This document shows, piece by piece, positions 43,860 through 52,084 of a stretch of 64,000 bases of DNA (positions are counted from its first letter, which is position 1; every line of letters begins with the position of its first letter). The position numbers were made by a program, and so were the translations under genes. The stretch lies in contig JBILLK010000009.1 in assembly GCA_044376115.1 (NCBI GenBank), positions 256,001 through 320,000 on the forward strand. Reading direction: 5' to 3'. A model generated the notes under the pieces. That model worked only from the letters and a program-made list of their open reading frames with translations. It had not been told where the DNA came from and ran no database searches. The DNA is from Polyangiaceae bacterium. GTDB lineage: Bacteria; Myxococcota_A; Polyangia; Polyangiales; Polyangiaceae.

Positions 43860-46535
43860 TCAGTCGCTCGGGTCTTCTTGTGCGGCCTGCGGCCGAGGCC
43901 GAGCGTCGGCGCCGATCTTCAAGCGCGCAAATATGGCTTCTGCGCGCTGGGCCATCCGCTTCTGTTCAAGCTGCACTTGCGGGTCCCCAGCGTCAGGTTG
44001 GCCTGCGAGAAAGCGGGCGAACGCCGCCGAGGACTTGGCTAACTCGAGCTCGTTGCCCGTTTGCTCGAAGATGGACATGCTGCGCGCGTAATACTCGCGA
44101 GCGCTCTTGGTGTGGGAGGCGCCCCAGCCGCCTGCAGCGGTGATTTCTCCGAGGGTTCGCAAGGCGATTCCCAACTGCACTTTGCTGCGCACGGTGGCGA
44201 ACAGATCGACGCATCGGCTGATGCAATCGCGGGCTCGCGTGAGTTCTCCACGCGCCAGGTAGGCTTCCCCCATCGCGCGCAGCGCGTCGGCCAGACCCAG
44301 TTTGTCACCCAGCTCATCCAGCTGTTCTTCGGCCATCGACAGCACGTTGATCGCGCGGTCGGTCTGCCCGCTCTTGTGCAACGCATCCCCGACGTTGACC
44401 AGAACCAGCGCGATGCGGTTGCGATCGCCGATCTGCTTCGCGACGTCGAGCGCCTCTTCGAACGTTCGCAACGCGTGTTGATAGTCCCCGCGTTCTTCGG
44501 CGACGACGCCGAGGTTGTTGAGCGTTTGCACCACGCCCGGTAGGTCGCCGATCTCCCTGCGAATCGTCAGCGCGTTGTCGAATGACTCTGCGGCCTGCCC
44601 GAAATCCCCTGTCTCCTGCAGGACGATCCCAAGGTTGTTGAAGCTGAGCGCGATGCTGCGCCGGTCCCCTAGTCGCCGGCGACGCGCGAGGCCGTCGCGA
44701 AGCAACTCCAGCGCGTGCGGATAGTCCCCCTTGAGCCACGCAAGTTTGCCGAGGTCATCGGTGCTCGAAGCCACGCCGCGATCGTCGGCGGCCGCTTGGA
44801 ACAAAGCCATTGCGGCCTCGAGATGCCGTCCCGACTCTTCGAGCGCTCCGCCATCCCGGTGAAGCCGGCCGATGCGGTTGTGCGCAGCTCCTCCCTTGGA
44901 CTTGATGTCGAGTTGATACGCGAGCGAGAGCATCTCGCGGAACGTGGACAGCGCGTCGTCGATGCGGCCGGTCAGCAGCAACACGTCGCCGTAGTTGTGA
45001 AGCGCGTCGATGCGTCTACCGACGTGGCTGTCGCCCACGAGCACCAACCCCTTTTGGTAGTGCTCGCAGGCCGTTTGTGCGGCGTACGCGGCGCGCGAGG
45101 CATCCCCGGCGTCGAGGTAGGCGAGCCCGGCCCCGACAGAATCTCCGGCACGTTCGCGGTGTTCGGCGAGCAACAGCTTGGCTTCTTCGGTCGTGCGTGT
45201 GAGCCCCTGTTGCTCCAGCCAATTGGCGAAAATCCCGTGGTGACGCTTCTGCGTCGAGGGATTGATCTGCGAGCGGATCGCCTCGCGCTCCTTGTTGTGT
45301 TTGAACACGTACTCGTCGGAACTCGGCAGCGAGGAGTCGGGGACTCGCAATACGAAATCACGCTTCTCGAGATCCGCGAGGGTGTCCGCCAGCGCTTTGG
45401 GCTCGCCGTCCCCAGATACAGCCCAAAGGTCGGGCGCCTCTGCTCCGGCCCGTAGCATTGGCACGAGCGCAGCCGGCCAAAACACGCTGCCCACAGTCGC
45501 CGCCAGCTGGAGCACCCGCCGCTCCGCCGCTGACAGCGAGCTGATGCGCGACTGGATCGCCCCTTCGACGGTGAGCGGCGGAGCCGCTCGATCGAGGCGG
45601 TCGAGATGGACGCGCCAGCGAGGGGAGGTGCTCAGCGGTTCCTCCTCTTCCAGAACTCCGCGGTCATGGAAGAGGCGAACCATCTGCTCGATCAGGCTGG
45701 GATTGCCGCCAGAGAAGGTAAGCGCGGTATCCACGAGCAACCCAGGGACAGTGCCGTTCTCGGTAGCGCACGGGGCGAGCAACGCCGTGGCTAACTCACG
45801 TGCCACGCGCTCCTCGAGCGGCGGAACTTCAATCAGGGTGTGCCTTTCCTCTCCGGCGCGTGCCCAATCTTCTGCGGTGCCAATCAGGTCGGGCCTTGCA
45901 GCGCAGATGAGCAGGATTGGACCGGTTAGGTACTCCAGCAGGTAACGAAGCAGATCCAAGGAATCAGCGTGAGCTGCGTGAAGATCGTCAAACACCAAGC
46001 ACAGCGGGCTGTGGGCTGCGTCCGCCTCGATGAACGACTTGACCACCGCGCTACGCAGCTGCCTGCCCTGGCGCGGATCGTCGGCGATCGCGCGGGTCAG
46101 CGGGCTCTCCTCGAACGGGACCTCGAGGAATTGACCCAAGAAATAGACCACATCTCCGACCTTGCGGTCCCCGACGACCTTTGACACTTGATCACGAACC
46201 GCGGCCTTCAGCGTTTCGGGATCCATGCCCTCGATCAGACCGAAGCGCATGCGCAGCAGTCGGGCGAAGATGCCGTAGGAGGAATCTGTGTCACGCGCAG
46301 TTCCGCGATAGATCCTAGGTAGCAGCAGGCTGCCCGAGCGGTGCTTCATCACGAACTCGTGGATCAGGCGACTCTTGCCCAAGCCCGCCGCTGAGACGAG
46401 CGTCACTACGCGCGTCTTCTTCTCTGCCTCCACCTCACGGAGCGCCTGGTCGAGCTGAGCCATTTCGCTCTCGCGGCCCATGAAGGGTGTGCGCGAGGCG
46501 CTTACGAGTCCGAACGGTAGATTCTCTTTCACCAT
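43860..46535 (-). CDS. STAND-like AAA ATPase with TPR repeats
   Basis: FMGRESE, Walker A SAAGLGKS, Walker B LVFDDLH, GGNP and YVFKH, then many NNLG-type TPRs. Confidence 0.88.
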   Translation of the reverse strand: MVKENLPFGLVSASRTPFMGRESEMAQLDQALREVEAEKKTRVVTLVSAAGLGKSRLIHEFVMKHRSGSLLLPRIYRGTARDTDSSYGIFARLLRMRFGLIEGMDPETLKAAVRDQVSKVVGDRKVGDVVYFLGQFLEVPFEESPLTRAIADDPRQGRQLRSAVVKSFIEADAAHSPLCLVFDDLHAAHADSLDLLRYLLEYLTGPILLICAARPDLIGTAEDWARAGEERHTLIEVPPLEERVARELATALLAPCATENGTVPGLLVDTALTFSGGNPSLIEQMVRLFHDRGVLEEEEPLSTSPRWRVHLDRLDRAAPPLTVEGAIQSRISSLSAAERRVLQLAATVGSVFWPAALVPMLRAGAEAPDLWAVSGDGEPKALADTLADLEKRDFVLRVPDSSLPSSDEYVFKHNKEREAIRSQINPSTQKRHHGIFANWLEQQGLTRTTEEAKLLLAEHRERAGDSVGAGLAYLDAGDASRAAYAAQTACEHYQKGLVLVGDSHVGRRIDALHNYGDVLLLTGRIDDALSTFREMLSLAYQLDIKSKGGAAHNRIGRLHRDGGALEESGRHLEAAMALFQAAADDRGVASSTDDLGKLAWLKGDYPHALELLRDGLARRRRLGDRRSIALSFNNLGIVLQETGDFGQAAESFDNALTIRREIGDLPGVVQTLNNLGVVAEERGDYQHALRTFEEALDVAKQIGDRNRIALVLVNVGDALHKSGQTDRAINVLSMAEEQLDELGDKLGLADALRAMGEAYLARGELTRARDCISRCVDLFATVRSKVQLGIALRTLGEITAAGGWGASHTKSAREYYARSMSIFEQTGNELELAKSSAAFARFLAGQPDAGDPQVQLEQKRMAQRAEAIFARLKIGADARPRPQAAQEDPSD

Positions 46536-46645
46536 GCTGCTTCGAGGTCCCCCGGGGCGAGGCGTGGATCTAGTCGAGCACCCCGCACGGTGGAAGTGGG
46601 TTCACCGCGAACTCTGGTAGAGTCTTTCGAAGGAGCGGACCAGCA

Positions 46646-47731
46646 GTGGAGTCTTTCGACGCGGCAGACCTGCGTTTGCGGGTTCGAGGAGCCTTTTCTG
46701 GGGCGGAATTGCGCCGTCTGCTCGAGGCCTGGGGGGCCAAGGCTGAAGAACTCGGCGGCTCGCAAACCGAGCTCGCCCACCAAGTCGTGAAGCTGGGTTG
46801 CAAGGTCCATGGGCTGAGCGAGCTGCTGCGTAAACTTTCGAACGAAAAGCCTTTGGTCGAGTGGCCGGAGGTGCCGAATGACGATGAACGCTGGGCTGGC
46901 CCGATGTCGCTCAACGTTGAAGCTCCGCCAGCGTCGCTGGCGGTACCCACGGAAGCAGGGGAGGCGCTCGAGCCCACCTTGGGCGTTCCGCTCGAGTCCC
47001 CTCCCAATGACGAAGCGGCCCCCAGCGCTCAGCCGCCAGCCGCAACTCCCGCTCCACCCGTCGTCGAGCCTGCCCCGCCGTCCCTTCGGCAGCCGGCTCC
47101 ATACGCGTTTGAACCATCCCCGCCGGTTTCAGCCGGCCCACCTTGGAAGCTGCTGGCGATCTTGGGAGGTGTCATTGGCTTGGTCGGCGTCGCGTTCGCG
47201 GTGGGAACGCTGGTCGCGAGCAGTCGAGACAAGCAGGCAACCACGGCCGTTGAGCAGACCCCGGCGCGCCCACGCGGAAAGACCGCCGCAGGAAGGGCCG
47301 CTTCGCTGCTCGAGGGCGCGCTGACGGCGCTCGGCAATCTGTGCGAGGTCGAGGTGGAGGGCGCGCCCACCGTAGAAGTGCTCGAACTCTCGCTCGAGGC
47401 CTGCGGGCGGGATGAGGTGGACAAGCTGCGCCGGCAACAGGAGCGCCAGATGCTCGAGAGCCGTCAGGACGACCGCGACCGTCCGGACCCGTCGGTGCCG
47501 AGCGCACGGCCTCTACCGCCGCGCCCAGGTTTTGCTCCGCCCGCGCCGGGGCGCACGACGAACCCGAGCGCTCCCAAGGCCGGCTGCCGAGGTGCGTGCA
47601 ACAGTTCGCGGGGGGAATGCCAAACGTCGTGCGGGCGCGAACCGAGCGACGCATCGCGCTATGCGCCGTACCAGGCCTGCATCTCGCATTGTGTGGCCGA
47701 AGAGTCGCGCTGCAGGCTCGCCTGCCGGTAG
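46646..47731 (+). CDS. Single-pass membrane protein with helical N-terminal domain and Cys-rich C-terminus
   Basis: About 75-aa helical N-domain, Pro-rich linker, TM LLAILGGVIGLVGVAFAV, and a Cx3C-repeat tail. Confidence 0.75.
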   Translation: MESFDAADLRLRVRGAFSGAELRRLLEAWGAKAEELGGSQTELAHQVVKLGCKVHGLSELLRKLSNEKPLVEWPEVPNDDERWAGPMSLNVEAPPASLAVPTEAGEALEPTLGVPLESPPNDEAAPSAQPPAATPAPPVVEPAPPSLRQPAPYAFEPSPPVSAGPPWKLLAILGGVIGLVGVAFAVGTLVASSRDKQATTAVEQTPARPRGKTAAGRAASLLEGALTALGNLCEVEVEGAPTVEVLELSLEACGRDEVDKLRRQQERQMLESRQDDRDRPDPSVPSARPLPPRPGFAPPAPGRTTNPSAPKAGCRGACNSSRGECQTSCGREPSDASRYAPYQACISHCVAEESRCRLACR

Positions 47732-47764
47732 ACGGCGAGCTTGGGGATCGAGTACGACGGCCCT

Positions 47765-48526
47765 ATGGATAAAGTCGTCGAGAGCGCCATCGCCGCAGTG
47801 CGCGACATCCCCGATGGCGCGACCATCATGGCAGGTGGTTTTGGCCTGTGCGGCATTCCCGAAAATCTGATCGCAGCTCTTCGCGAGCTCGGCACCAAGG
47901 ATCTCACGTTCATCTCCAACAACTGCGGTGTGGACGATTTTGGTCTGGGCATCCTGCTCGCGAATCGTCAGATCAAAAAGATGATCTCCTCCTACGTAGG
48001 AGAGAACAAAGAGTTTGAGCGCCAATATCTAAGCGGTGAACTCGAGGTGGAGCTAACGCCCCAGGGCACGCTCGCTGAACGCATTCGCGCGGGCGGCGCA
48101 GGCATTCCAGCGTTCTATACGCCGACGGGCGCCCACACGGCGGTGAGCGATGGCGGCATGCCCGTGCTCTACGCCAAGGACGGCACCGTCGCGAAGCTCT
48201 CCGAAAAGAAGGAGATCCGCACCTTCGACGGCAAAGACTATGTGCTCGAGCCGGCCATCAAAGCGGACTTCGCCCTCGTGAAAGCATGGAAGGGCGATCG
48301 CTATGGCAACCTCGTTTACCGAAACACTGCGATGAACTTCAACCCGATGATGGCGATGGCCGCCACCATCACCATCGCCGAGGTGGAGGAGATCGTGCCG
48401 ATCGGCACGTTGGACCCCAACCATATCCACACGCCGTCGGTGTTCGTGAAGCGAATCTTGCAGGGCAAGAGCTACGAAAAGCGGATCGAACGTCGCACGC
48501 TTCGCCGCGCAGCCCCGTCCACCTGA
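47765..48526 (+). CDS. scoA: 3-oxoacid CoA-transferase subunit A
   Basis: [20 protein letters not shown] and [15 protein letters not shown]. Confidence 0.93.
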   Translation: MDKVVESAIAAVRDIPDGATIMAGGFGLCGIPENLIAALRELGTKDLTFISNNCGVDDFGLGILLANRQIKKMISSYVGENKEFERQYLSGELEVELTPQGTLAERIRAGGAGIPAFYTPTGAHTAVSDGGMPVLYAKDGTVAKLSEKKEIRTFDGKDYVLEPAIKADFALVKAWKGDRYGNLVYRNTAMNFNPMMAMAATITIAEVEEIVPIGTLDPNHIHTPSVFVKRILQGKSYEKRIERRTLRRAAPST

Positions 48527-48553
48527 AGCGCTGTCCACCAAAAGGAAACGAAG

Positions 48554-49219
48554 ATGGCTCTCACACGAGATGAAATTGCAAAGCGAGCCGCCCTCGAGTT
48601 GAAGGACGGCTTCTACGTAAACCTCGGCATCGGTATGCCCACGCTTGTGGCCAACTACATCCCTGCGGGGGTGGAGGTCGTGCTCCAAAGTGAAAACGGC
48701 CTGCTGGGTATCGGACCCTACCCGGACGAGGCCTCGCTCGACCCGGATCTAATCAACGCCGGCAAAGAGACGGTAACGATTCTGCCCGGTTCAGCGATCT
48801 TCTCCAGCGCTGAGAGCTTCGCGCAGATCCGCGGCGGCCATATCGATTTGGCGATTCTCGGGGCGATGGAAGTCTCCGAGAAGGGGGACCTCGCGAACTG
48901 GATGATCCCCGGAAAGATGGTGAAGGGGATGGGCGGAGCGATGGACCTGGTCGCTCGAGCAAAGCGCGTCGTGGTGATCATGGACCACGCAGCAAAGGGC
49001 GGTGCGCCGAAGATCCTCCGTCAGTGCGGGTTGCCCCTCACCGGGCGCGGTGTGGTCCATCGGATCATCACGGACCTAGCGGTGGTGGACGTTACCGCTG
49101 ACGGCCTCGTGCTGCGTGAACTCGCTCCCGGGGTTTCGGCTCGGGAGGTGCAAGAGCGAACTGAACCCACCTTGCTGGTGCCACCGGATATCTCCGTGAT
49201 GGCGCTCGCGGCCCAATAA
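48554..49219 (+). CDS. scoB: 3-oxoacid CoA-transferase subunit B
   Basis: [14 protein letters not shown] (catalytic Glu) and KGMGGAMDL. Confidence 0.93.
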   Translation: MALTRDEIAKRAALELKDGFYVNLGIGMPTLVANYIPAGVEVVLQSENGLLGIGPYPDEASLDPDLINAGKETVTILPGSAIFSSAESFAQIRGGHIDLAILGAMEVSEKGDLANWMIPGKMVKGMGGAMDLVARAKRVVVIMDHAAKGGAPKILRQCGLPLTGRGVVHRIITDLAVVDVTADGLVLRELAPGVSAREVQERTEPTLLVPPDISVMALAAQ

Positions 49220-49235
49220 GCGAAAGACCAGAACG

Positions 49236-50081
49236 ATGTCTTGGCCCGAAAAGACGAGTCCCACGCTCGATGCCAGTGAAAAGCGCACGCTGGGAGAGGG
49301 CATCTTCCGCAAGTGCGACGGTTGTGGAGCAACAGTCCCAAGCGCAGACCTGGCGGCCAATTACGAGGTATGTCCCGCCTGCGGGCACCACCATCTGCTT
49401 GGTCTGAGCGGCTGGATTCGGCTGTTGCTGGACGAGGGCAAGCTCGAGGCTTGGGACGCCGATCTGATCCCTTCCGATCCGTTGTCCTTCAGTGACGGCA
49501 AGCCCTACGCCGAGCGTGTTGTGGCGGCCACCAAGCGAGCCAAAACCAAAGAGAGCATCGTCACCGGGGCAGCGATGATCGAGCAGCGTCCGATCGCGTT
49601 CGGCTGCTTCAACTTTCAGTTCATGGGCGGCAGCATGGGCTCCGTATGTGGAGAGAAGATCGCCCGGATGTTCGAGCGTGCCCGCGAGCAGAAGTTGCCG
49701 GTTGTTCTGCTCACGGCTTCGGGAGGCGCTCGGATGCAGGAGGGCATCCTCTCACTGATGCAGATGGCCAAAGCCGTCTCAGCGCTGGAACGCTTCCGGG
49801 ACGCGGGCATGCCGTTCATCTCGGTGTTGTTGCACCCAACGACGGGCGGCGTTGCGGCCAGCTTCGCCTTCCTGGGTGACGTGAACATCGCCGAACCCAA
49901 GGCTTTGATCGGCTTTGCAGGGCCGCGCGTCATCGAGAACACGCTACGACAAAGCTTGCCCCGCGGTTTTCAACGCACCGAGTTCTTGATCGATCATGGC
50001 ATGATCGACGTCAACGTTTCGCGGCTGGAGATGCGTGCTCAGCTGGCGATGGTGCTGTCTCACTTAGCGCCGCAGAGCTGA
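49236..50081 (+). CDS. accD: Acetyl-CoA carboxylase carboxyltransferase beta subunit
   Basis: C4 zinc finger, FMGGSMG, SGGARMQEG, PTTGGV and IGFAGPRVIE. Confidence 0.96.
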   Translation: MSWPEKTSPTLDASEKRTLGEGIFRKCDGCGATVPSADLAANYEVCPACGHHHLLGLSGWIRLLLDEGKLEAWDADLIPSDPLSFSDGKPYAERVVAATKRAKTKESIVTGAAMIEQRPIAFGCFNFQFMGGSMGSVCGEKIARMFERAREQKLPVVLLTASGGARMQEGILSLMQMAKAVSALERFRDAGMPFISVLLHPTTGGVAASFAFLGDVNIAEPKALIGFAGPRVIENTLRQSLPRGFQRTEFLIDHGMIDVNVSRLEMRAQLAMVLSHLAPQS

Positions 50082-50119
50082 CCCTTCGGGGCAGCTCCGC
50101 GCTTCGCGCTCCGGCTGTG

Positions 50120-51490
50120 CTAGTTCAGTTCGGTGCGTGCGGCCGCGAGGACTTCTTCAGCCATCGTCTTGATCGCTGCCTCGTTCTCACCCTCGATCAT
50201 GACGCGCAACTTCGACTCGGTGCCGCTCCAGCGGACGAGCACGCGGCCGTTATCTCCTAGCTCGGCTTCCAATTTCTTGATCACCGCCTGGGTGGCCGGC
50301 AGAGACTCCAGCGGGGCGCGCTTGGCGAACTTCTCATTCAGGAGCACCTGGGGAACTCGCTCCAACGCACCCGCCGCGAGCTCAGAGAGAGGCCGGTTGT
50401 CCTCCACACAAAGCCGCGCAACTTGCAAAGCTGCGACGATGCCGTCTCCGGTGGTGGCGTGGTCGAGGAAGATGAGGTGGCCCGATTGCTCGCCGCCAAA
50501 GGAGTAGCCGCCGCGGCGCATCTCCTCGACCACGTAGCGATCTCCCACCGCAGTTCGAACCAATTGGCCACCGCGCTTCTTCATCGCGCGTTCGAGCCCG
50601 AGGTTGCTCATCACGGTGGTTACCAGCGTCTTCTTCGGAAGGCGCCCATCTCGAAGCAGCCGAATGGCCGCCAAGGCCATGATGGTGTCGCCGTCAACGA
50701 TTGCCCCGCGCTCGTCAGCGACGATCACGCGATCGGCATCGCCGTCCAGCGCGATACCGAAGTTGGCGCCGTGCTGAACGACCATCTTCGCCATGTGCTC
50801 GGGGTGGAGAGCACCGGCGTCTTTGTTGATGTTGGTGCCGTCGGGGCTTACGCCCATTGCGATGACCTCAGCGCCGAGCTCCTCGAATACGAGCGGGGCG
50901 ACGCGGTACGCAGCGCCGTGACCAGCGTCCACCACGATCTTGACGCCGTCGAGCGTTAGGTGCGCCGGGAAGGTGTTCTTCGCGAACACGACATAACGCC
51001 CGCGAGCATCCTCTACACGAAACGCGTCGCCGATCTTGTCGCCAGTCACGCTGACGTTGTCGAGCTCAGTGCCTGCGACGAGCTCTTCGATCGCCGCTTC
51101 CTCGGCGTCAGGCAGCTTGAAGCCGTCGAATCCGAACAGCTTGATGCCGTTGTCCTCGAATGGATTGTGGCTCGCGCTGATCACCACGCCAGCGTCGGCT
51201 CGCATGCTTTGCGCCAACTGCGCGATGGCCGGGGTCGGAATGGGGCCGGTCAACATCACGTGGCCGCCCATGGCACAGATGCCCGAAGCGATCGCTGTCT
51301 CGAGCAAATAGCCGGAGAGCCGCGTGTCTTTGCCGATCAAGACGCGGGCCGCACGACTCTTTCCGCGGCCGGCGACGTAAGCGATGGCGCGTCCGAGTCG
51401 CAAAGCGAATTCGGGCGTCATCGGGTGAACGTTAGCCATCCCTCGGATGCCGTCGGTACCGAAGACGCTGCGGGCGTTGGTCGTACTCAT
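50120..51490 (-). CDS. glmM: Phosphoglucosamine mutase
   Basis: [28 protein letters not shown] and RWSGTE. Confidence 0.96.
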   Translation of the reverse strand: MSTTNARSVFGTDGIRGMANVHPMTPEFALRLGRAIAYVAGRGKSRAARVLIGKDTRLSGYLLETAIASGICAMGGHVMLTGPIPTPAIAQLAQSMRADAGVVISASHNPFEDNGIKLFGFDGFKLPDAEEAAIEELVAGTELDNVSVTGDKIGDAFRVEDARGRYVVFAKNTFPAHLTLDGVKIVVDAGHGAAYRVAPLVFEELGAEVIAMGVSPDGTNINKDAGALHPEHMAKMVVQHGANFGIALDGDADRVIVADERGAIVDGDTIMALAAIRLLRDGRLPKKTLVTTVMSNLGLERAMKKRGGQLVRTAVGDRYVVEEMRRGGYSFGGEQSGHLIFLDHATTGDGIVAALQVARLCVEDNRPLSELAAGALERVPQVLLNEKFAKRAPLESLPATQAVIKKLEAELGDNGRVLVRWSGTESKLRVMIEGENEAAIKTMAEEVLAAARTELN

Positions 51491-51499
51491 GGTGCTTTT

Positions 51500-51985
51500 C
51501 TACTCCCGGAAGTTGACGAAAGAAAGTTCGAGATCGAACTCGCGCGCTCGAATCGAAGCGATCGCCGTTTGCAAGTCATCTCGCTTTTTGCCCGTGACGC
51601 GCACTTGGTCCTCGATGATCGAAGCCTGCACTTTGAGCTTCTCGTCCTTGATCCACTTCACCAGTTGTTTGGCGTGATCGCTATCGATCCCCTCTTTGAT
51701 GGTGACGGAGATCTTGGCGCCGCCCTTTCCGGTGGGCTCGATCTTGCCGACGTCGAGATGTTTGAGGCTGACCTTGCGCTTGATCAGCTTCTCTTTGAGC
51801 ACCTCGAGGATGGCTTTGACGCGGTCATCGGCGCTAGCTCGCAGGTTGATGGTCTCCTTGTTGTGCTCGATCTCGGCGCCTGTTCCTTTGAAGTCGAAGC
51901 GCGTGCTGATCTCTTTTTCGGCCTGCGTAACGGCGTTGGCGACCTCGTGCCACGGAACCTTTGAGACAATGTCGAACGACGGCAT
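51500..51985 (-). CDS. yajQ: YajQ family nucleotide/c-di-GMP-binding protein
   Basis: MPSFDIVS, RFDFKG, RVTGKKRDDLQ and terminal FVNFRE. Confidence 0.96.
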   Translation of the reverse strand: MPSFDIVSKVPWHEVANAVTQAEKEISTRFDFKGTGAEIEHNKETINLRASADDRVKAILEVLKEKLIKRKVSLKHLDVGKIEPTGKGGAKISVTIKEGIDSDHAKQLVKWIKDEKLKVQASIIEDQVRVTGKKRDDLQTAIASIRAREFDLELSFVNFRE

Positions 51986-52001
51986 GGCCGCGAAATGTAC
52001 C

Positions 52002-52028
52002 AAAGAAAAAGGCCCGCTGATGCGGGCC
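52002..52028 (-). terminator. Intrinsic terminator downstream of the 52085-54931 gene
   Basis: GGCCCGC / GCGGGCC stem with a 4-nt loop, followed on the minus strand by TTTTTCTTT. Confidence 0.75.
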
Positions 52029-52084
52029 TCTTTCGGTCATTGCGCCGGATTGTGAGCCGACGCTGGGTTTAGCTCACTGCGCGC

